A stretch of DNA of 64,000 nucleotides from an uncultured Verrucomicrobiae bacterium (GCA_963834385.1 CAWIBO010000002.1:1216001-1280000), one strand, 5' to 3'; positions 10,477-21,501 are shown, numbered from the stretch's first letter. Numbers and translations are program-made. The notes: generated by a model not told the origin, from the letters alone.

Positions 10477-11798
10477 TTCGGTTCCTCTACAACCTGCTCT
10501 TTCCGGTGGCGCTCCTGCTTTTCCTGCCGGGTTACCTGGTGAAGATGGTGCGCCGGGGAAATTACCGGGACGGGTTCGGGCAACGGCTCGGGTGGTATGG
10601 CGCGGATTTGCGCCGCCGGTTGCAGAACGGAGGTGCGCGCACCTGGCTGCATGCGGTGAGCGTGGGCGAAGTGGGCGTGGCGCTGTCCCTGGCCGACGAG
10701 CAGCGTGGACGCGACCCAGCCTTTGCCTGCGTGCTCACAGTGACGACCACGACCGGTCATGCGGTGGCGCGCCGCCGGGCGCCGGCGTGGATGGAGGTGA
10801 TCTACGCGCCGCTCGATTTCTGGCCGGTCATGCGCCGCGCCTTCGAGGTGATCCAGCCGCGCAGCCTGATCCTGGTCGAGGCCGAGGTCTGGCCAAACAT
10901 GATGGCGGAAGCGCAGCGGCGGGATGTTCCCGTGCTTTTGGCGAACGCCCGCCTGTCGCCCCGCTCGGAGAAACGGTTCCGGCGTTTTCGTCCGCTGGTG
11001 GCGCCTTTGTTTCAGCGTTTGCAGGCGATTGGCGTAACCTCGCCGGAGGATGTCGAGCGCTGGCAGAGCCTGGGTGTTCCGGCGGATCGCATCACCGTCA
11101 CGGGCAACATCAAGTTCGATACGGCGCGGGCGGTAACCGACCCGGAATTGCCGCACGCCGTCCTGGCCGCGCGCGGTTTTGATCCGGCCCGGCCTGTTCT
11201 CCTCGGCGGGAGCACGCATCCGGGGGAAGAGCGCATCCTGGGCGAGACCTGGCAGCGGTTGCGGGCCCGGGTTCCCAATCTTTTTCTGGTGATCGCCCCG
11301 CGCCACGTGGAGCGGGCCGGGCGCGTCGCCCAACGATTGCAGGAACTTTCGCTCCGGGTGGCGCGCCGGAGCGAGGAGACGCCACTCGCGGGCGAGGTCG
11401 ACTGCCTGATTCTCGATGTCACGGGTGAGCTGCGGCATTGGTATGCGCTGGCCACGGTCGCGTTCATCGGCAAAAGCCTGACCGCCCGGGGCGGGCAGAA
11501 TCCTATCGAGCCGATCCTGGCGGGCGTACCGGTGGTGTTTGGGCCGCACATGGAAAACTTCGCCTTTCTCGCCGGCGAACTGGTGAAACGAGGTGCCGCC
11601 GTGCGGGTGGCGGAGGCGGCGGAACTGGCGGGCGTAATGGAAAAGCTGTTTGAGGATGCGGCCGGGCGGGCCCGGATGGTGGCGGCCGCGCACGAAATTC
11701 TGGTTCCTCACCGGGGCGCGACGGAAAAGACCGCTGTTTTACACGAGAAGATGCTCCCTTCCGGGTCTTCGGGAACGCCAACCGGCGTGGTGTCCTGA
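10473..11798 (+). CDS. waaA: Kdo transferase
   Basis: WLHAVSVGE, EAEVWPN, GNIKFD, GSTHPGEE, APRHVER, GGQNPIEP. Confidence 0.93.
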   Translation: MIRFLYNLLFPVALLLFLPGYLVKMVRRGNYRDGFGQRLGWYGADLRRRLQNGGARTWLHAVSVGEVGVALSLADEQRGRDPAFACVLTVTTTTGHAVARRRAPAWMEVIYAPLDFWPVMRRAFEVIQPRSLILVEAEVWPNMMAEAQRRDVPVLLANARLSPRSEKRFRRFRPLVAPLFQRLQAIGVTSPEDVERWQSLGVPADRITVTGNIKFDTARAVTDPELPHAVLAARGFDPARPVLLGGSTHPGEERILGETWQRLRARVPNLFLVIAPRHVERAGRVAQRLQELSLRVARRSEETPLAGEVDCLILDVTGELRHWYALATVAFIGKSLTARGGQNPIEPILAGVPVVFGPHMENFAFLAGELVKRGAAVRVAEAAELAGVMEKLFEDAAGRARMVAAAHEILVPHRGATEKTAVLHEKMLPSGSSGTPTGVVS

Positions 11799-11843
11799 AA
11801 ATTCTTGCATCAGGGGGGACGGCTTCGATATTGGGCGCCGCAC

Positions 11844-11919
11844 GACCCTATCGTCCAGTGGCCTAGGACACCGCCCTTTCACGGCGGTAACACGGGTTCG
11901 AATCCCGTTAGGGTCGCCA
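11844..11919 (+). tRNA. tRNA-Glu (anticodon TTC)
   Basis: Acceptor stem GACCCTA/TAGGGTC, anticodon arm CCGCC-CTTTCAC-GGCGG, GGTTCGAATCC, encoded CCA. Possible promoter TTGCAT-16-GATATT at 11805-11832. Confidence 0.97.
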
Positions 11920-11984
11920 TTTTTTTGCCCTTTTTTTCGTGGCTAGGACAGCGGTTGTCCGACTGGGTGCTGCAGAGTGAGGGC

Positions 11985-12299
11985 GTGACAGAGAATGGCT
12001 TAAAGGAATATCTGCAGAATTACGTCGGGGCCTGCGAGGAAATGGCCGGGCTCCTTGCGGAAGAGGTCTACTGCGAAAGCTCGCTGCTTTACCGGCATCA
12101 TGTGCCGCGTTTGCTGGCCGGCATCGCATGGTTCCGGATCCGGTGCGCCCGGGAGATTTCCGCGCTCGGTCAGTGGCGCGAGGATGGACGGCAGCCGGCG
12201 GAAGTGGCGGAGATGTATGACGAGGAAGCGGCGCGGCTGGCGGACTGGCTGCAACGCATGATCGGGCGTCACCCTGAGCCTGAAGTCGCGAAACGTTAA
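11985..12299 (+). CDS. Hypothetical helical protein (~104 aa)
   Basis: GTG start after GAGGG. The upstream part of the listed ORF runs through the tRNA and is spurious. Confidence 0.45.
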   Translation: MTENGLKEYLQNYVGACEEMAGLLAEEVYCESSLLYRHHVPRLLAGIAWFRIRCAREISALGQWREDGRQPAEVAEMYDEEAARLADWLQRMIGRHPEPEVAKR

Positions 12300-12361
12300 C
12301 GGGTTCGGGCGCGGAGGAAAAACGGGACGTCGGTCAGGCGGCCCGGGAGCGAATGATAGGC

Positions 12362-13351
12362 ATGAGCGCTCGCGTGGTTGTCATAACAGGAGCATCAGCG
12401 GGGGTGGGGCGCGCCGCGGCGCATGCCTTTGCCCGCGAAGGCGCCCGCATCGGGCTGATGGCGCGGAGCCGCGCCGCCCTCGAGGAAGTTCGCCGGGAAG
12501 TGGAAGGGCTGGGAGGCAGGGCCCTGGTGGTGCCGGGCGACGTGGCGGTCTACGACCAGGTGGAAGCGGCCGCGGCGGCGGTCGAACAGAAGTTCGGGCC
12601 GATCGACGTCTGGGTGAACAACGCCATGGCTTCCGTGTTTTCGCCGATCATCGAGATGAAGCCGGCGGAGTATCAGCGGGTGACGGAAGTGACGTATCTC
12701 GGTTACGTCTATGGAACTCTGGCAGCGCTGAAACGGATGCGGCCGCGCGACCGCGGGGTGATTGTGCAGGTGGGCAGCGCGCTCGCCTACCGCGGCATTC
12801 CGCTGCAAAGCGCCTACTGCGCCGCCAAGCACGCCGTGCAGGGGTTTTGCGATTCGCTGCGATGCGAGCTTTTGCACGATCGCAGCCGGATCCGCGTGAC
12901 CATGCTGCAGATGCCGGCCTTGAACACGCCGCAGTTCGGCTGGGTGAAAAGCCGGCTCCCGCGCAAGGCCCAGCCGGTCCCGCCCATCTTTCAGCCCGAA
13001 GTGGCCGCGCGCGCCATCGTGCACGCGTCGAAACATCCGCGGCGCGAATATTGGGTCGGCCTGCCGGCGGCCGCGGCGGTTTTCGCCAACAAATTCATCC
13101 CGGCGCTGCTGGATCATTACCTGGCTCGCACCGCCTATGAGGGACAGCAGTCCAACGGTCGCGAAGATCCCGATCGGCCGCATAATCTCTGGGAGCCGGT
13201 GGAGAACCGGCACGCCACCCACGGCGATTTCGACGAGCGCGCGCACCGGTTCAGTCCGCAGCTCTGGACCAACACGCACCGCAACGGCCTGGCCCTGGCT
13301 GCGCTGGCGCTGGCGGGCGTGGCGCTCGGGTTGGTTGTCCGGCGTCGCTGA
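12362..13351 (+). CDS. Short-chain dehydrogenase/reductase with C-terminal membrane anchor
   Basis: TGASAGVG, VNNA, catalytic YCAAK. Confidence 0.9.
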   Translation: MSARVVVITGASAGVGRAAAHAFAREGARIGLMARSRAALEEVRREVEGLGGRALVVPGDVAVYDQVEAAAAAVEQKFGPIDVWVNNAMASVFSPIIEMKPAEYQRVTEVTYLGYVYGTLAALKRMRPRDRGVIVQVGSALAYRGIPLQSAYCAAKHAVQGFCDSLRCELLHDRSRIRVTMLQMPALNTPQFGWVKSRLPRKAQPVPPIFQPEVAARAIVHASKHPRREYWVGLPAAAAVFANKFIPALLDHYLARTAYEGQQSNGREDPDRPHNLWEPVENRHATHGDFDERAHRFSPQLWTNTHRNGLALAALALAGVALGLVVRRR

Positions 13352-13352
13352 A

Positions 13353-15429
13353 TCAAAAGGCGCGGCGAAGCTCGGAGAGAAGTTCTCGCGCGAGGGTGTC
13401 GGCCGGCGCCAGCTCCAGCGCCTGTTCCAGGTGCGGGATGGCTTCGCGGCCGCGGCCCAGTTGCACCAGGACGATGGCCAGGTTCCGATGGGCCGCGGCA
13501 TTCGCCGGGTCATGCCGGAGCGCGGCCCGGTAACTGGAAATGGCTTCCTCGTAAATGGCTGGCGCCTGGCTGTCGCCCCGCTCCTGCAACCGGCCGGCTT
13601 TGGCGCCGAGAGCGTTGGCCAGGTTCACCCGGACGGTGGCTTCAGTTTTCGGATTGAGTGATTGGTCGCGCGCACCGATCTCGAGGGCACGCCGAAACGC
13701 CGCCACGGCTTCGTCGAAGCTTTCCAGGCGGGCGAGGACCAGGCCGAGTTGGTTGTGGTTCAAGGGATGGCTGGGATATAGCTCCGCCGCCTGTTGCAGA
13801 TGGGGCAGCGCGGCGTTGAACTCGCCGCGAGCGAAGAGAATCTCGCCGAGCCGGTTGTGCCCCTGCCAGGTTTGCGGGTTCTTCTGCAGGTTATCGCGCC
13901 AGAAAGTTTCTTCCGTGCGATAAACGGCGGCCCGCGCCGCAGTCTGAAACAGGTAGCCGGCGAGAAGGAGGACGATCGCGGTCGTCCCGAGGAATCGCGT
14001 CTGCCTTGCGCGACCGTCGCGCAGCCGGACCAGGCCCGCCGCGACCAGGGCGACGAGCGCAATATTGGCGAAATACTGGAGATGATCGGCCACCAGCGTT
14101 CCGCTGCGCGCGAAGGACATGGTCACGAATCCGAGAATAGGCAGAAGAATGATGACGAAAGCGCTGACGCCAAAAAAGAGGCCGCGCATCCTGCCTCGCC
14201 ACCACCAGAGCGACGCGACGAGGAGGATGAGGGCGAACAGAGGCAGGAAATCGAGCGCGCGGACGGCGCCAAAGTTCCACGGTGGATAAACCGCCATGAG
14301 CCGGAAGGGCGCGAGGGCGTGGCCGGCATACCACCAGAGGGCGAGGCCAGCGTTGGCGAGGCGGCGCCCGAAACCGCCCATCTCGATGGGTTCGCCGATC
14401 GAGCTGTGTTGAAACCAGACGGTGAGAGCGCCGAGCAGCGCGGCTACGACAAGAAAAGGAACGATGCGAATGAGGTGACGATTCAGGCGGCGCCCGAACA
14501 TGGCCGCGGCGAAACGAGATCGCGGCCGCCGCGAGACAAACCACGGGCAGAAGCAGGAACTGGGGCTTCAGGCTTCCGTTCTGCAGCAGGTTGAGCGCGC
14601 GCAGGGCGGGGTCATCCGGATTGAGACCGAGGAGGCGCAGGCGGGAATGGAAATACCAGGCGGCCCCGGCGGCGGCGGCCAGGGCGAGCGCGCCGAGCGC
14701 GAGATGAAACATGCGCAAACGCGCGACCTCGGCGGAAGAGGCGGCGCCTTCCCGCCAGGAAGAGAACTCGTTTTTCCACCAGGCCGCGAGGAGAAGGAGA
14801 AAAGGCAGGACAACCCCCGCTGTTTTCGCCAGAAGACCGAGCAGGAAAAGAAGCAGGGCGGCGAGGTAAAGCAGGCTGCGGGGGCGCTCCGCATAACGCA
14901 GGTAGGCGATAAAGGCCAGGAGAAGGAAAAGCAGGGAGAGCGTGTTTTTGCCTTCCGAGATCCAGGCGGCGGAGGCGGCATGGACGGGATGGAGTCCGAA
15001 GAGCAGGCCGGCCAGCCATGCACCCCGGAGGCCGAGAAGCGCCAGGAGCCGCCAGACGAGGAGGGCGTTGAGCGCGTGCAGGAGGACGTTGACGATGTGG
15101 AAGGCGGTGGCGTTCTCCCCAAAGAGCTGGAACTGCAGCCAGAACCAGGTGGTGGTGACCGGAAAGTAATCGACGGAGTCCCGGCCGCTCCAGATTTGCA
15201 GGAGAGAAGACCAGGCGCCGTGCTCGCCGCGGACGAGCGGATTGGCGGTGATCAAGGGGAAATCGTCCCAGATAAAAAAACCGCCGTAGACTGGGACATA
15301 GGCGAGCAGGATGGCGGCGAGGAGCAGAAACGCGCGTTGCCACGAGAGGGGGGAGAGAAGCGGTGAGGCAGGGTCCGGCGCGACGGCGGAAGTAGGACTT
15401 CGGGACGGGCGGCGGGCGCGGCGGGGCAT
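13353..15429 (-). CDS. TMTC-like GT-C glycosyltransferase with C-terminal TPRs; apparent +1 frameshift ~14512
   Basis: FIWDD, HIVNVLLH, LHPVHAASAAWISEGKN, LMAVYP, ADHLQY, TEETFW followed by TPRs. Split over ORFs 13891-15429 and 13353-14501. Confidence 0.75.
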
Positions 15430-15491
15430 GGGGAGAGGCTAGCCGTGCGAAAACGGCTTTCTATTTGTAATTTGTCGGGAAGTTATACGCG

Positions 15492-16247
15492 ATGTTCCAA
15501 AACCAGAGAGTGGTGGTGGTGATGCCGGCTTACAACGCCGCGCGCACCCTGCGGCAGACCTACGACGAGGTGGTGGCTCATGGGCTGGTCGACGAGATCA
15601 TCCTGGTGGACGACGCCAGCCACGACGGGACGGCGTCAATTGCGCGCGAGCTGCCCTCGGTGCGGGTGGAGGTCCATCCGGATAATCGCGGTTACGGGGC
15701 CAACCAGAAAACGTGTTACCGGCTCGCGCTCGAGGCCGGTGCGGACATCGTGGTCATGATTCATCCCGACTACCAGTACACGCCGCTGATCCTGCCCGCG
15801 ATGGTGGCCATGGTCGGGAGCGGACTCTATTCGTGCGTGCTCGGTTCGCGCATTCTGGGCGGCGGCGCCCTGCGCGGCGGGATGCCGTGGTGGAAATATG
15901 CGGCCAACCGCGGCCTGACCCTGGTAGAAAACATTCTCTTTGGGGCCAAGCTCTCGGAGTACCACACCGGTTACCGCGCTTTTTCCCGCGCCCTGCTGGA
16001 GCGGCTGCCGATCGAGCGAAACTCCGATGATTTCGTTTTCGACAACGAGATGCTGGCCCAGATCATCTGGCTGAAGGAGCCGATCGGCGAGGTGAGTTGC
16101 CCGACCAAATATTTTCCCGAGGCCTCCTCCATCGGATTCGCCGCCAGTGTGCGTTATGGGTTCGGCTGCCTGCGCACGGCGTTGGCCTATCGCCGCGCGC
16201 GCTGGGGCGGGGCCGGTTCCCAGACGGCGATTTTTCCGCAGGCATGA
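15492..16247 (+). CDS. GT2 glycosyltransferase, polyprenol-phosphate sugar synthase (DPM1/Ppm1)-like
   Basis: VVMPAYN, VDDASHD, NRGYG, HPDYQY, GSR, HTGYRAF, FVFDNE. Confidence 0.85.
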   Translation: MFQNQRVVVVMPAYNAARTLRQTYDEVVAHGLVDEIILVDDASHDGTASIARELPSVRVEVHPDNRGYGANQKTCYRLALEAGADIVVMIHPDYQYTPLILPAMVAMVGSGLYSCVLGSRILGGGALRGGMPWWKYAANRGLTLVENILFGAKLSEYHTGYRAFSRALLERLPIERNSDDFVFDNEMLAQIIWLKEPIGEVSCPTKYFPEASSIGFAASVRYGFGCLRTALAYRRARWGGAGSQTAIFPQA

Positions 16248-16265
16248 TCCCGCAAAGCGTTCGCC

Positions 16266-18471
16266 ATGGCTAAACCGCGCCGGAAAAAGAAGGCCGAGCC
16301 GCCTCGGCGGCGATGGGCGCGGTGGTTCGTGGCCGCCGCCGGCATTCTTTTGCTCGTCTGGGTGGTTTACGGCCAGACCGCCCGCTTCGGCTTCGTCTCC
16401 TTCGACGACGATCGCTACGTGCATGACGAGCCGATGGTGGCGCGCGGCTTGAGCGGGGAAGGCGTGGCCTGGGCTTTTACCCGGGTGCACGCCGGCAACT
16501 GGCACCCGCTCACCTCCCTGTCGCTCATGCTCGACGTCGAGCTTTTCGGGGTGAACGCCGGCGCGCATCACCTTGTGAACGTGTTCCTGCACGCCCTGAC
16601 TACCCTCCTGCTCCTCGCAGCCTTGCACCGGCTGACCGGCGCCTTCTGGCGCAGCGCGCTCGTGGCCGCTCTCTTTGCGCTGCATCCGGTCAAGGCGGAG
16701 TCCGTTGCCTGGATCTCGGAACGGAAGGATGTGCTGAGCGGGTTGTTCTTTGTCCTCGCGCTTCTGGCCTACGATCATTTTGCCCGGGCACCGCTTCTTC
16801 GACGCTATCTTCTTCTTTTGCTCGCGGCCGCGCTCGGTCTCCTGGCCAAGCCGATGCTGGTGACCCTGCCGCTGATTCTGCTGCTCCTGGACTTCTGGCC
16901 GATGCGCCGGTGGGCGGACCGCGAACCCGGCCCGTATCCCGCGCGCAGCGCGTCGCGGCTTTTTCTCGAGAAGGTGCCGTTATTGGCCCTGGCCGCCGGC
17001 TCGGCCGCGGCTACGTGGTGGGCGCAAGCCCGCGCGCTGGGCGCCGGCGCATCCATTTCTTTTACCGACCGTCTGGCGAACGCGGCTGTCACGCCCGTCA
17101 TCTATTTGAAGCAGACACTTTGGCCGACCGGGTTGGCGGCGTTTTATCCGCATCCGCAGGGCGAGCTTCCGGTCTGGTGGGCGCTCCTGGCGTTGGCGCT
17201 GCTGGCCTGCGTCACCCTGGCCGGCTGGCATTATCGCCGGGTTGCACCTTTTCTGCTTACGGGCTGGGGCTGGTTTCTCGTCATGCTTCTGCCAGTGCTT
17301 GGACTGATCCAGGTGGGGTGGCAGGCGCGGGCGGATCGTTATCTTTATCTTCCGCAAATCGGCCTGACCATTGCGATTGTCTGGCTGGCGGAACTGGGCC
17401 TGCGTCGACTGGCGGCCGGGCGCGCGCTGGGCTGGAGCCTTGGCCTGGTGGCAATCGCGTCATGCACCGTCCTGGCCCAGCGTCAGGTGGCCACCTGGCG
17501 CGACAGCGAGACTCTCTGGCGTCGGGCCCTTGCCGTGACGCAAAACAACGACATGGCCCACCGCGGCCTGGGCATTGCCCTGGCCCACGACGGCAAATTG
17601 GAAGAAGCCCGCGCCGAACTCGAGCGCGCCGTGGCGTTGCGCCCGGGCAATGCAGACACCAGGGTCAACCTCGCCAACGTCTACCGGAAGCAGGGCGAAA
17701 CGGCGCGGGCGGTAGCGCTCTACCGGGAAATTTTACGCGAGGATCCCGGGCATTGGCATGCCCGTCGCAACCTGGCCGGGACCCTGGCCGAGGCGGGCAG
17801 GATTCCGGAGGCGACCGAGGAATACCTTCGGTTACAGCGGGAACATCCGGAGGATCCTGACTTGGCCGCGTCGCTGGGCGCCCTTTACCTGCAAACGGGG
17901 AACACGGCCGAAGCGGCCCGCTTTTTCCGCGCGGCGCTCGCCCTTCGTCCCGGACAGGCTGAAGCCTTGAACAATCTCGGCATCGCGCTGTTTCGAGAGG
18001 GCCGGGTGGGCGAGGCGGTGGAGAGCTGGCGAGAGGCCGCGGGGTTGCAGCCCGGGAACAGCGACCTGCAAAACAATCTGGGCGTGGCCCTGGCGACACT
18101 CGGACGGGAAGAGGAAGCGATCACGCACTGGTCGCGCGCCCTTGCGCTCGCTCCCCGCGCCTCCACGCAGCTGACCCTCGCCTGGGTTCTCGCGACCAGC
18201 GCCCGCGCCGACCTTCGCGACGGCGCGAGAGCGGTTGAGTTGGCGCAGGCGGCTCTCCGCGGGATGGGAGAGCAAAACGCGATGGCGCTCCGGACACTGG
18301 CGGCCGCCCGCGCCGAGACAGGCGATTTCGACGGAGCGCTGGCGGCCGCCCGGGAGGCCCGTGCGCTGGCGGAGGCGCAGGGCGAGGAGCGCCCTTTCCC
18401 AAGCCCTGGCGGGCGAACTCTCCCAGTACGAGCTCCGGCTGCCGCTGCGCGGAAGCGGGCCTTCCTTCTAG
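16266..18471 (+). CDS. TMTC-like GT-C glycosyltransferase with multiple TPRs (probable +1 frameshift ~18403; uncorrected stop 18497)
   Basis: FDDDRY, NWHPLTSLS, LHPVKAESVAWISERKDVL, AKPMLVTLP, ADRYLYLPQIG, WRDSETLW, then a run of TPRs. Confidence 0.8.
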
Positions 18472-18535
18472 AAGCGCACCGGCGTTCGCGTTTTTAATTT
18501 GTTATTCGGCGTCACCTTTTCGAAGCTGCCTCCGG

Positions 18536-19411
18536 ATGCGAAGCATGACGGGATACGGCCGGGGCGAAAGCCACCTGGGCGACGCCAAGGTGAGCGTGGA
18601 ACTCAATTCCGTGAACCGGAAGCAGAGCGACATCGTGGTCAACCTGCCGCGCGACCTGGTGGCGCTGGAGGCGCGCATCCGGCAGGCGATCAACGAGCGC
18701 ATTGCCCGGGGCCGCATGAACGTGCTCATCGGGTTCCAGGGGAACGCCAACGGCGCGCGCAAACTGGCCCTCGATACCGCGCTGGCCCGCTCCTATCACG
18801 AGGCCATGCGCACGCTGCAGAAGGAACTGGACGCGCCCGGCGAAATCACCATCGGCGCCATTCTGCAGGCGCCCGGGGTCATGCGCATGCCGGAGGAAAC
18901 GGTGGAACCCGAAGAGGCGTGGCCCGCGGTGCAGCAGGCACTGGAGGACGCCCTGGCCGAGTTGATCAAGATGCGCGAACGCGAGGGCAAGCACCTGGCG
19001 AAGGATCTGATTCATCGCCTGAAGACATTGCGCCAGGAACTCAAGAGCGTGCGCGCCCTGCATCCGGACGTGACCAGGCGCTACCGGGCCAGCCTGCTGG
19101 AACGGATCAACAAGGCGGGCCTCGGGCTGGATGAGGCGGATGAACGGCTGCTCAAGGAAATCACTTTTTTTGCCGACCGGGCCGATATCAGCGAAGAACT
19201 GACGCGGCTGGAGAGTCACCTGGCGCAGTTTGCCCATACTCTGCGCCGGAATGAACCGGTCGGGCGCACGCTCGAGTTCCTGGCCCAGGAGATTTTCCGT
19301 GAGCTGAACACCCTTGGGGCGAAGGCGAACGACGCCGACATTGCGCGGCATATTGTGGCGGGGAAGGCGGAACTGGAGAAGATCCGGGAGCAGATACAGA
19401 ACCTTGAGTAA
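18536..19411 (+). CDS. yicC: YicC/YloC family endoribonuclease
   Basis: MRSMTGYG, SVNRK, DISEELTRLESH, GRTLEFLAQEIFRELNTLGAK. Confidence 0.93.
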   Translation: MRSMTGYGRGESHLGDAKVSVELNSVNRKQSDIVVNLPRDLVALEARIRQAINERIARGRMNVLIGFQGNANGARKLALDTALARSYHEAMRTLQKELDAPGEITIGAILQAPGVMRMPEETVEPEEAWPAVQQALEDALAELIKMREREGKHLAKDLIHRLKTLRQELKSVRALHPDVTRRYRASLLERINKAGLGLDEADERLLKEITFFADRADISEELTRLESHLAQFAHTLRRNEPVGRTLEFLAQEIFRELNTLGAKANDADIARHIVAGKAELEKIREQIQNLE

Positions 19412-20021
19412 CCAATTCAGCCGTTACGGCATTCTTTTCGTGGTCTCCGCGCCCTCCGGCGCGGGCAAGACGACCCTGTGCGACGCGTTGCGGCAGACAC
19501 CCGATTTCATCTACTCCGTTTCCTGCACGACGCGGCCGCCGCGCGCGGGCGAGATCGAGGGCGAAGATTACCAGTTCATGGCCGAGGACGAGTTTCTCCG
19601 GCGCGTTAAGGGGAATGAGTTCCTGGAGCACGCCCAGGTGCACGACCATTACTACGGGACGCTGCGCGCCCCGATTCAGGCGCACCTGAGGGAGGGCGTG
19701 GATGTGCTGATCGACATCGATACGCAGGGCGCCGCCGCCATCCGTGACTGCGATGATGCTTTCATTCGCGAAGCCCTCAGCGATGTCTTCATCATGCCGC
19801 CCGACCTGGAGGAGCTGCGGCGGCGGCTGACCAAGCGCGGGACGGAGACGCCGGCCCAGATCGAGCGGCGGCTCCAGACCGCCGCGCGTGAAATGGAGCT
19901 GTGGCGCGACTATCGTTACACCATCATCAGCAAATCCATGGAGGAAGACCTCCTGAAGTTCAGGCACATCATGGGCGCGGAGCGAATGGCCAGCCGCCGA
20001 CTGATCCGGAGCGGAGGATAA
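19404..20021 (+). CDS. gmk: Guanylate kinase
   Basis: SAPSGAGKTT, SCTTRPPRAGE, YYGT, DIDTQGA. TTG start assumed at 19404. Confidence 0.93.
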   Translation: MSNQFSRYGILFVVSAPSGAGKTTLCDALRQTPDFIYSVSCTTRPPRAGEIEGEDYQFMAEDEFLRRVKGNEFLEHAQVHDHYYGTLRAPIQAHLREGVDVLIDIDTQGAAAIRDCDDAFIREALSDVFIMPPDLEELRRRLTKRGTETPAQIERRLQTAAREMELWRDYRYTIISKSMEEDLLKFRHIMGAERMASRRLIRSGG

Positions 20022-20638
20022 TGAAAAGGAAGCCTGCGCGGACAAAACCGATCGGCTCGAAGGACCAGGCGGGAAAAGGAAGCGGCCGTTCCGTCGTCCT
20101 GGGGGTGACCGGCTCAATTGCCGCCTACAAGTCAGCCGAACTGGCCAGCCTGCTGGTGAAGCAGGGCCACCGCGTCACCGTGGTGATGACAAAGGATGCC
20201 ACCGAGTTTGTCACGCCGCTGACACTGCAAACGCTTTCCAAGAACCCGGTCATGACCAGTTTCTATGATGAAAAGGAAAGCTGGCGCCCGGGACACATCG
20301 AGATCGCCGACAAGGCGAGCCTGGTGGTGATTGCCCCGGCTACGGCGCACGTCATCGCGGAACTGGCGCAGGGGCTGGCCGGTCATCCGCTGGCGGCGAT
20401 CGCCCTGGCCACGCGCGCCCCGATCCTGGTGGCGCCGGCAATGAACGGCAAGATGTGGGAGCACCCCGCCACGCAGGCGAATGTGGCCCTGCTGAAAAAG
20501 CGCGGGGTCGAGTTTATCGGGCCCGAAGCCGGCATGCTCGCCTGCGGCTACGAAGGCGTCGGTCGTCTCTGGCAGGTGAACGACATCGCCTTCCGCGCGG
20601 AGTTTCTCCTGGCGCGGCAGGACAATCTCCTCGCGTGA
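20021..20638 (+). CDS. coaC: Phosphopantothenoylcysteine decarboxylase (stand-alone CoaC)
   Basis: [31 protein letters not shown]. Confidence 0.9.
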   Translation: MKRKPARTKPIGSKDQAGKGSGRSVVLGVTGSIAAYKSAELASLLVKQGHRVTVVMTKDATEFVTPLTLQTLSKNPVMTSFYDEKESWRPGHIEIADKASLVVIAPATAHVIAELAQGLAGHPLAAIALATRAPILVAPAMNGKMWEHPATQANVALLKKRGVEFIGPEAGMLACGYEGVGRLWQVNDIAFRAEFLLARQDNLLA

Positions 20639-21288
20639 AGTTTCTCGTCACCGCGGGCCCGACGCGGGAGCCGATCGATCCCGTGCGTTTCCTGAGCAAC
20701 CGTTCGTCGGGGCGGATGGGGTACGCCCTGGCGGAGGCGGCGCGCGCGGCCGGGCACGAGGTGACACTGGTGAGCGGGCCGGTGGCGTTGCCAGCGCCCG
20801 CCGGGGTGGAGGTGACACGGGTTGAGACCGCGGCGGAGATGCTGGCGGCGGTGCGGGCGGCGCTTCACGGCGCGGAAGTGGTCATCCTGTGCGCCGCCGT
20901 GGCCGATTACCGCCCGCGAACGATCGCCACGCGAAAGTTGAAGAAGACCGAGGCGACGATGGTGCTCGAGTTGGAGCGCACGACCGACATCCTGGCGGAG
21001 ATCGCGGCGGCGCCGCGCTCGTTTCTCCTCGCGGGGTTCGCCGCGGAGACGAATGACGTCGCGGAGAACGCGCGGCGAAAACTCGCGGCGAAAGGATGCG
21101 ACGCGATCGTGGCGAACGATGTCAGCGGAACCGAAACGGGAATGGAAAGCGATGAGAACGAAGTGGAAATTTTCTTTCGTGAAGGCGCTTCACGAAAAAT
21201 TCCACGCGCTTCGAAGCAAAAAATCGCGCGCGAGCTCGTGAAATTATTTTTTGAGATGCATCAAAAAAGTTTGACAAAAAATTCGTGA
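20635..21288 (+). CDS. coaB: Phosphopantothenate-cysteine ligase (stand-alone CoaB)
   Basis: [47 protein letters not shown] overlap with coaC. Confidence 0.9.
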   Translation: MKFLVTAGPTREPIDPVRFLSNRSSGRMGYALAEAARAAGHEVTLVSGPVALPAPAGVEVTRVETAAEMLAAVRAALHGAEVVILCAAVADYRPRTIATRKLKKTEATMVLELERTTDILAEIAAAPRSFLLAGFAAETNDVAENARRKLAAKGCDAIVANDVSGTETGMESDENEVEIFFREGASRKIPRASKQKIARELVKLFFEMHQKSLTKNS

Positions 21289-21367
21289 TGATTAGTCAAC
21301 GTGGTAAGTGAACACGACAAAAGAGTTCACACCCACCGCGATTGCGGATTGAAAGGGGGGATACCTC

Positions 21368-21442
21368 ATGCCAGCAAAGAAGAAAGCTGCTAAGAAAAAA
21401 GCTGTTAAGAAAAAGTCGGCCGCTAAGAAAAAGAAACATTAG
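21368..21442 (+). CDS. 24-aa Lys/Ala-rich histone-H1-like microprotein MPAKKKAAKKKAVKKKSAAKKKKH
   Basis: Purine-rich SD (GAAAGGGGGG) just upstream, TTGACA at 21271-21276, strong terminator downstream. Too short for the ORF track. Confidence 0.7.
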   Translation: MPAKKKAAKKKAVKKKSAAKKKKH

Positions 21443-21501
21443 TTTCGTCAGGCAGACTTAATGGAACCCGAATCTCTTTCGGGCTTCCGCACGCAACTTC
21501 A

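Noticed and set aside
11844..18500. Integrative element at tRNA-Glu
   Set aside because: No integrase and no duplicated tRNA 3' end. Composition is similar to the flanks.
20021..21288. Split coaC/coaB as a frameshift artefact or novelty
   Set aside because: Clean GTGA stop/start coupling, and separate CoaB and CoaC are known in several lineages.
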